Shown here one piece after another: positions 57,101-64,000 of a DNA stretch of 64,000 nucleotides. A program made the translations under genes and the position numbers. The stretch is from contig CM022672.1 of assembly GCA_012295275.1 (NCBI GenBank), positions 20,894,001-20,958,000 of the forward strand. The letters run 5' to 3'. Below the pieces are notes generated by a model. The model saw nothing but the letters and a program-made list of their open reading frames with translations, made no database searches and had not been told where the DNA came from. Origin of the DNA: Chrysomallon squamiferum (lineage: Eukaryota > Animalia > Mollusca). Numbering within the stretch: the stretch's first letter is position 1; every line of letters begins with the position of its first letter.

Positions 57101-60100
57101 ATAGAGGCATTTGTCAGACTCCATGATGAAGGACTGATCTACAGAAGTAAGAGACTTGTCAACTGGTCCTGTAAACTCAATTCAGCCATATCTGATATAG
57201 AAGTATGTCGAGCCTGTTTCTTTTATCAAATAATTAATTATAGGAACTGATACATGATAAAGTCAAAATCTGATAGTGTTAACTTCACTTGAGCTATATC
57301 TGAATTATCCAACCAGGATGCTAGATGATTGCTGTGAATACGTATAACTTAAAAATCTTGGACAAATAAAAACAACTGAAATTTTTTCAATTTAAGTAAT
57401 AATTAGTTTTTGGTCATTATACAGATTCTTCTGATTATTCATTTATTTAAAAAATGTCTTCTATTAAACTTAAAAGCTTTATTTATATAAATTCATATAA
57501 ACAGCTAAAATGATACAAACTCATCTATTTTATTTGATACAGAATAATGCAAAACATATCTCCAAACATTTTTAATGTGCTTGCTGTTTTTATTACAAAA
57601 TATATATAGGATTCCATTTCTTTTTTGTATTTGACAAAATTTAATATTTAAAAATTAAACCCTGAAAAAACTTGAAGGTATATTATTATTCTATTATTAT
57701 TTTTATTAATGATTTTTATGTTTTAGGTGGTCAATGTACCAGTTGAAGGAAGAACACAGCTCTCAGTTCCAGGCTATGATAGGAAGATCACTTTTGGCAT
57801 TATGTCATCATTTGCTTATCCTGTTGAAAATTCTAGTATGTTTGTGTACACTTCTTTTTTTTCACAGATAATACCTGCATTTTAAACAGATTTTGAAAAT
57901 ACTAATAACATAGGGAGGCACGAGGTTTGTCAAATGAAACTATTAAAATTCAGTTCTATTTTACTAATGGTGATATATCTGCATATTTTAAAAACACGTT
58001 TTAGTATGCATAATGCACAATTTGTACATAATAGACAATTTGTTGTATCAAAGAAAAAAATGTATATGATGTAACTTTTTCCTAACATTTTTTTGCTGGA
58101 ATTATTTTTACTGAATTCTAATGAGCAAAAGAAATATAAAATGTATGCAATAATAATTTATAAAAAATGACCATTTTTCATATTTTGATTGAAAAGGATT
58201 TTAAATAATAGTCTTGACATATTTTTTTATTAAAAGAATGAAGTTGTTGTATGTTAGCTGATATCTTAAATTTGAGACAGATAATGAAATTGTATAATGT
58301 ATAAATAGGACATTTTAACAATTAATTTTTACATTTGACCAAACTGATTTACTTTCATTTTTGTGTCCTCAGATGAGGAAATTGTGGTATCAACAACACG
58401 TCTGGAGACCATGTTAGGTGATGTTGCAGTGGCTGTTCACCCTGATGACTCTCGATATACACATCTACATGGGAAATATGTCATTCATCCCATTGATGGT
58501 CGACGTTTACCAATTATCTGTGATGATTTTGTCGAACAGACATTTGGAACAGGTTTGAGATTTCTGTATAAGTTAAGTTTTGTTAGAGAACAGAAAATAA
58601 ACAAAACTAAAAGAAAAAAATTGTATGCATATCTACAGAGTTTAAACACCTTAACTAAATACATTTTGTGTATTTGTTATCTTTCCTAATTACGATGTAA
58701 AGAACTAAAATAACAAATTCTCAAAGGTCTACCATATTCAACTTTTTTCTTTTCTTTTGTCATTTCTACATGTAAAGAATGAGAAAGCTGTTTTCTTTAT
58801 CAGAATTTTTCTGGTTTTACATTGTTGTTCACTGTGATTTCTTTATCATCAAATAATACTTACATTTTTAATCTGTTTCTAAATCCTGACAGTTATCATT
58901 TTTTATATTCAAGGAGTACTGGAACCTACTTAAATTATTTGTCAAATGTTAGCTAATTACAAAAGTGATTGGTTTTAAAGAAGTGTATTATGTAATGATC
59001 CAGGAGCAGTGAAGATAACTCCAGCTCACGACTACACTGACTATGATGTTGCTCTTCGACACAAGTTATCACCCCTGACTGTTATTGATGACTGTGGAAA
59101 CATGACAAATGTCAGTAGCATCTTTAATGGTAAACAGCGATTCATTGTCAGAAAATTACTACAAAAAGTTTTGACAGAAAAAAAGCTATTTCATGGAGAA
59201 GTGGAACACAGCTTGACTGTACCTGTGTGCAGGTAGAACAGTGACTGAAGATAATCATAACTTTAATTACAATAATTTATGTGTAAGATTTCAGACAGTA
59301 AATAAGCCTTAATATTTTCTTTTTAAAAATGATTATTATCTTTTATGGTTGTAAATGCAAGCATATTTTTATGCTATTGGGAAATAATATTATAAAAATA
59401 AAAAGGCAAAAGTATTCATTTTAAAGTTTTTGCCTGATAACGTATTATTTTCTAAAAATAAGAAGTAAATAATCAATATTTTAATATTAAATGACAACAA
59501 TAATGTGAAAGAGAAAGGGTTTTTTAATAAATGTAGTTTTAAGTAATTTTTGTAAAAAAAATAATTTTTTATTTTATTTTTTTAGCCGATCAGGGGACAT
59601 AGTGGAACCTAGACTCAAAGATCAGTGGTTTCTAGACTGTAACAAGATGGCTGCAGAAGCTGCTCAGGTAGTTTCTTTTCACATCTTTTCACCATGTTAC
59701 AAGATGTTGTCAATGTTTTAGGACAAATTTGATCATGTTTTTACTAAACAAATACAATACGATGGAGGTGATGAATCATGAGCACAAACATGTAAAAATT
59801 TTAATATGCAATTTACTGCCTTTAAATTTAATAAATATGTAGCACATACATAAAGTTGGTCAAAAAGATCAAATGGTAAATGGATGGCTTGCATTTATTT
59901 AAACCAGTTTTTTTTTTTATACTGTATGATAGTGTATTTATAAATTAAGAATTCATATATTCTTTGTTTTATTTTGCATGATTTCAAATTACTGATCTGA
60001 ATTTCTTTTTAAAATGTTATGCAATATTACAGTAAAATTATTTGCTTCAATTTAATGTTCATTATTATTCTTGCTAGTTAAAGATATTTATTACTGTGTT

Positions 60101-62751
60101 GTTTAGGCTGTCACTGATGGCAAGCTTACCTTGTTGCCTGGCAACCATATAAAAATATGGTTAGATTGGCTTAAGGACATACGGTGAGAAGAGTCTGTTT
60201 TTAATTTATGGCTCTGTTTTTATTTCTCTATTATCTATAATTCTTTAGTTACAATTCATGTTGCTTGGCCACCTACTGCTTAGGTGTGTTCTTTAACATA
60301 TCTATTTTTATCACTTTCTGGTAGTCCATAACAGCAAGCAGAAAATAGATAAATCATACAATTCTGCATCATTTAGGCATTAAGATGAGTTCAGGTGTTG
60401 ATAAATTTGTATTCGTTAATTTTTATCTGTTGTAACTATTCTTAGCTTTTTACTAGGTATGTGCAAAATTAATAATCTTGTTATTTTTATAAATGGAAAA
60501 TTGGAAAATTGACGAATATTAAAATTATTATAGCACCTGTTGGGTTTTTTATCAAGTATTTGTTGCTGTTCTAAATTTTTTATTAGATTATGTATTTTAA
60601 AACAAAACAAAACAAGTTTATTGGCTACTTTTCTTTTAGATATTCAGAAATATTATTTGAAATTTTCTCTTCTCATTTCTGTAATACACTATAAATGACA
60701 TGTTTGAATATATTAAAAATGAAACATCTTATGATTTTTTTTTTAAATTTAATTTTTATCTTTCATTCAGAGATTGGTGTATATCACGACAGCTATGGTG
60801 GGGTCATCAGATTCCTGCATACAGAGTTTTAAATGAAGCTGACAAGGTATTTATTGTCATTTATAAGTATGACATCCTTTTCCTATCATTGCTATGATAT
60901 GTGATTTTCTGTTGAAGATTGTAGGAAGTGTTTCAGATTTTGGAATATAAAGAGGTTCTAAATATAAATGCAAATTCCATTTACATTTCATATGCAGCTT
61001 ATACAAATACTTTTGTGCGTAAAGTAAAACTTGTTTATGCAAAACAATCTCAAAAATTATTTCTGTTGCTTGAGAAAAAGTTTAGGATATGTCAGATCAT
61101 TTCAGCCTTTCAGAATTTCAGATAAAGGATCCTCAGTCTGTACTATATCTTTTTGTGATTTTTAAAAATTATTATTCTTCAGGTGATGTGGGTGAGTGGT
61201 AGAACAAAAGAAGAAGCCACAGAGAAGGCTTCTGTTGCACTTGGTATTCCAGCAAGTGATGTTTCATTGCAGCAAGGTCTCTTTTTCACTTCTTTTAATT
61301 TTAATAATATATGAACATTTTAAATATTTTTGTTTTCTTGACAGCTGAGCTTTTTGTTAAATAATTAGTATTTTATACACATGTAGTGGCACAGAACATC
61401 AGTGTTATTTGGCAAAAGTAATTTATTTATAATTATTTTTTATTAGATGAAGATGTCCTAGACACATGGTTTTCATCAGCTTTATTCCCATTTTCTGTTC
61501 ATGGCTGGCCAGAACAGGTACATATTGTAGTAAAATAAATCTTTAAACATTTTCATTATGTTTATTACAAAACACTGTGTAACAGAAACTTTCAAAGTTT
61601 AGTTAAAGTATACTGATTACTAAAAATGTCACTACTTCTTCTAGAGCTTTAGTTTTAGTCACAGAATCTCAATTTCACTATTTTTGGGGGAATTTTTTAA
61701 TTCCATTTATTAACTCAGATATTAAATAAATATTCTGCATATCCTACTATACAGATTTAAATCAACAACAAATATACAAATCACAAAAGAACATTTTTTT
61801 GTAATTTTCTTCAATGACATGATAAGTCATCATGTACAAATGCCACAGATAGTCAGGGTTAGACATGGTGTAGTCCCATTTCCTTGATATCTTCTTTCCA
61901 TAACTGATAATCATGATATATCTTGAAGAAATCTTTCACTGTGTTCTTCACTGATGTCACACATATGTCACTTAATATGTTTTTGTGACTGAAGCATCTT
62001 GTAAACATCTCATCCAGTGGAAATTTTGTGTACCAGAATAAAATTTTCTCTTTGAGGTCAATATCTTTTGTGGTATGTTGAGATGTAGCATAACTGTCAA
62101 ACAGGCAATGGAAGCAAGAATGTTTCTCTAGACTCTTGGAGCCCTTTTCAGAAGAAAATCTTTTTGAAATTGCCAAAGACATGCACTTTGTACTTGTTAT
62201 AAATCTATAAATTGAAGAAATTTTACATTTTCATGGTTTACCTTTATATTAGGTAAATAATGTATATTTTTTCAGTTAATGTTTCAAATTATCATTTTTA
62301 ACATGTGTAATGATGGAAAGTCTATTTTATATTATTTAAACAATATATCAGTATATATATATATATATTATATATATATATATATATCAGTTTTTTTATT
62401 TTTTTTTTTTTCTGTTTTGTTTTAGACACCTGATTTTGCCAAGTTTTATCCAACAAGTCTTCTTGAAACTGGAAGTGATATTCTGTTTTTCTGGGTTGCC
62501 AGGATGGTAATGATGGGCTTAAAACTGACAGGAGAACTACCATTTGAAAAAGTACAGTCTGAATGACTTGTTTAAAATATATTGCTGTTGATACTTGAAA
62601 AACACAAAATAATAATAACATAAAGTTATGATATTTTAAAAGAACAAATTACTTTTTGACATTAGAGATTTTCATTATTTTTAACTTACCAAGACAAAAT
62701 TTGGTGCTTATTGTAATTATTTCATTATTGCCACATTAATTTGTCCAGATC

Positions 62752-62794
<43 letters not shown>

Positions 62795-63468
62795 TTTATT
62801 TAATTTCATTTCATTTTTATGTTTCCTTGGTGGGGTCAGCAGTCTAAACTCTTTTTAGATATTTATTCATGTATGTAAATACCAAACATGTATATTTTAA
62901 TAAATTTTGTAAACCTTAATAAATTAAAATTATTATTAGTCATTAAATACATTTTCAAGATTAGTATTATTATAGAATCATGAAAGTGACAACTTTATAT
63001 AAGCCAGAAATATAAACTCATTAAAAACATTTATAACATGGTAGATAAACTCTAACTTCAAGTTGATATATTAAATATGCATACTACTTAGAAAAGACTT
63101 TTAAAATAATAAGGCATGAAAATACTGTTTAATACAATATTATTCTTTTTAAAGGTGAATATTTTCTTGTTTAATATAAAATTATTTTTGTTTAATTTGA
63201 ACACTTTCTTATTTAATATAAAATAATTTATGTTTAATCGGAACATTTTCTTAATTAATATGAAATTATTTTTGTTTATTAAAACATTTTCATTTTTAAT
63301 ATAAAATTATTCTTGTTTAATTTGAACTTTTTCTTGTTTAATAAGAAGTTATAATTTGTTCAGGTTTTATTGCATGGTTTGCTCAGAGATGCTCATGGCA
63401 GGAAAATGAGTAAATCTCTAGGAAATGTCATTGATCCAATGGATGTTATTCATGGAATTTCTCTTGAG
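52947..63468 (+). CDS. VARS2: Valine--tRNA ligase, mitochondrial-type; 3'-partial (continues beyond window)
   Basis: Exons 52947-53087, 53604-53670, 54700-54806, 55504-55613 ([19 protein letters not shown] motif), 56165-56330 ([11 protein letters not shown]), 56767-56848, 57083-57202, 57727-57835, 58373-58552 ([17 protein letters not shown]), 59004-59232 ([10 protein letters not shown]), 59586-59667, 60107-60183, 60771-60846 ([15 protein letters not shown]), 61183-61276, 61447-61517 (DVLDTWFSS), 62426-62551, 63364-63468 (KMSKS). The short basic N-terminus without a GST-like domain suggests the mitochondrial paralogue. Confidence 0.92.
54074..54161. repeat. Hairpin: 30-bp inverted arms around a (TA)n spacer
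   Basis: ATAACCATTTCATCAGGAAATCTTCTAGTA ... TACTAGAAGATTTCCTAATGAAATGGTTAT (one mismatch). Confidence 0.85.
61859..62204 (-). CDS. Putative terminal coding exon of an unidentified antisense gene nested in a VARS2 intron
   Basis: Open frame of ~114 codons with normal amino-acid complexity, in a more GC-rich patch of an AT-rich intron. It is preceded by a TTTCTTCAATTTATAG acceptor (AG at 62205-62206) and followed by AATAAA on the minus strand near 61705. No homologue recognised. Confidence 0.45.
63160..63345. repeat. Degenerate ~42-bp tandem repeat, ~4.5 copies, just upstream of the KMSKS exon
   Basis: TTTTCTTGTTTAATATAAAATTATTTTTGTTTAATTTGAACA-like units. Confidence 0.8.
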
Positions 63469-63949
63469 GTAATTTTACAATAATATATATACAGTATGTC
63501 TCTTATATCTATATTTGTATCTCTATAGCCATATTTATCAGTCAGTCTTTCTATCTATTTGCATATATGTATCCATAAATACATACATTTGTTGTTGAGA
63601 TTCTTAATTTTCAACAGGATTCCTGATACATTTCTGAAGTTCTAGAAATATATTTCTGTAGCTGATTATAAGTTATACCATAATAGCGGTTGTTATATTA
63701 AAAATTAAGAACCTCAGCAATAAATATATTTAAAAATCACAAAATTCTTTTCTCTTATCCTTTTTACAAATCAGTTCTGTCATGCATTATTCAGAAATTA
63801 TAAAAATGTTAACTTGCACAAGTATTTTATAATGACACTGTACATGTTTTAATTACATTTACTGTCATGTTAAACAGACATATTGAGAAATGTATATAAT
63901 ATGATTGTAAACTTTTATGGTTTGAATTACCCTTCCCTTATTTAATTAT

Positions 63950-64000
63950 CATAAAATACTGTGTTGGCTTTTCACCATCTTCTATCCATTTGGCCCTAGC
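63950..64000 (-). mobile_element. L1/Tx1-type LINE ORF2 fragment
   Basis: The minus strand reads ARAKWIEDGEKPTQYF, matching the conserved RSRxxWxxxGEKxTKYF motif between the endonuclease and RT domains. A stop codon follows shortly after. Confidence 0.65.

Noticed and set aside
60928-61125. Plus-strand 65-aa ORF within a VARS2 intron
   Set aside because: No similarity to ValRS. The flanking exons 60771-60846 and 61183-61276 join in phase without it.

Overview
AT-rich, microsatellite-laden animal genomic DNA. A lophotrochozoan invertebrate such as a mollusc is likely, but that is an inference from gene and repeat content only. Manual splicing gives five gene models. Two are tandem minus-strand paralogues of a single-pass receptor: signal peptide, EMI-like Cys domain, 2 EGF-like repeats, a ~570-aa beta-rich region, FN3 and a TM helix. 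Copy B (18686-30787, 22 exons, ~1255 aa) is complete and ends in a tyrosine-kinase-fold domain lacking the catalytic residues (HRD->HKK, DFG->GFG, alphaC E->K, degenerate Gly loop), so it is a receptor pseudokinase. Copy A (385-10744) runs off the window after its TM exon. Between them lies an inverted, rearranged third copy (exon 1 plus part of exon 3, with an RTE fragment) that could still splice in frame into a 56-aa secreted cationic peptide. The other genes are a 176-aa protein with an HSP20-like C-terminus (33718-36652), a kisspeptin/galanin/allatostatin-A-type GPCR with Ser at D2.50 (41850-46358), and a mitochondrial-type valyl-tRNA synthetase (52947 to beyond the window) with an antisense coding-like exon in one intron. 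All models were read by eye; no database searches were run.
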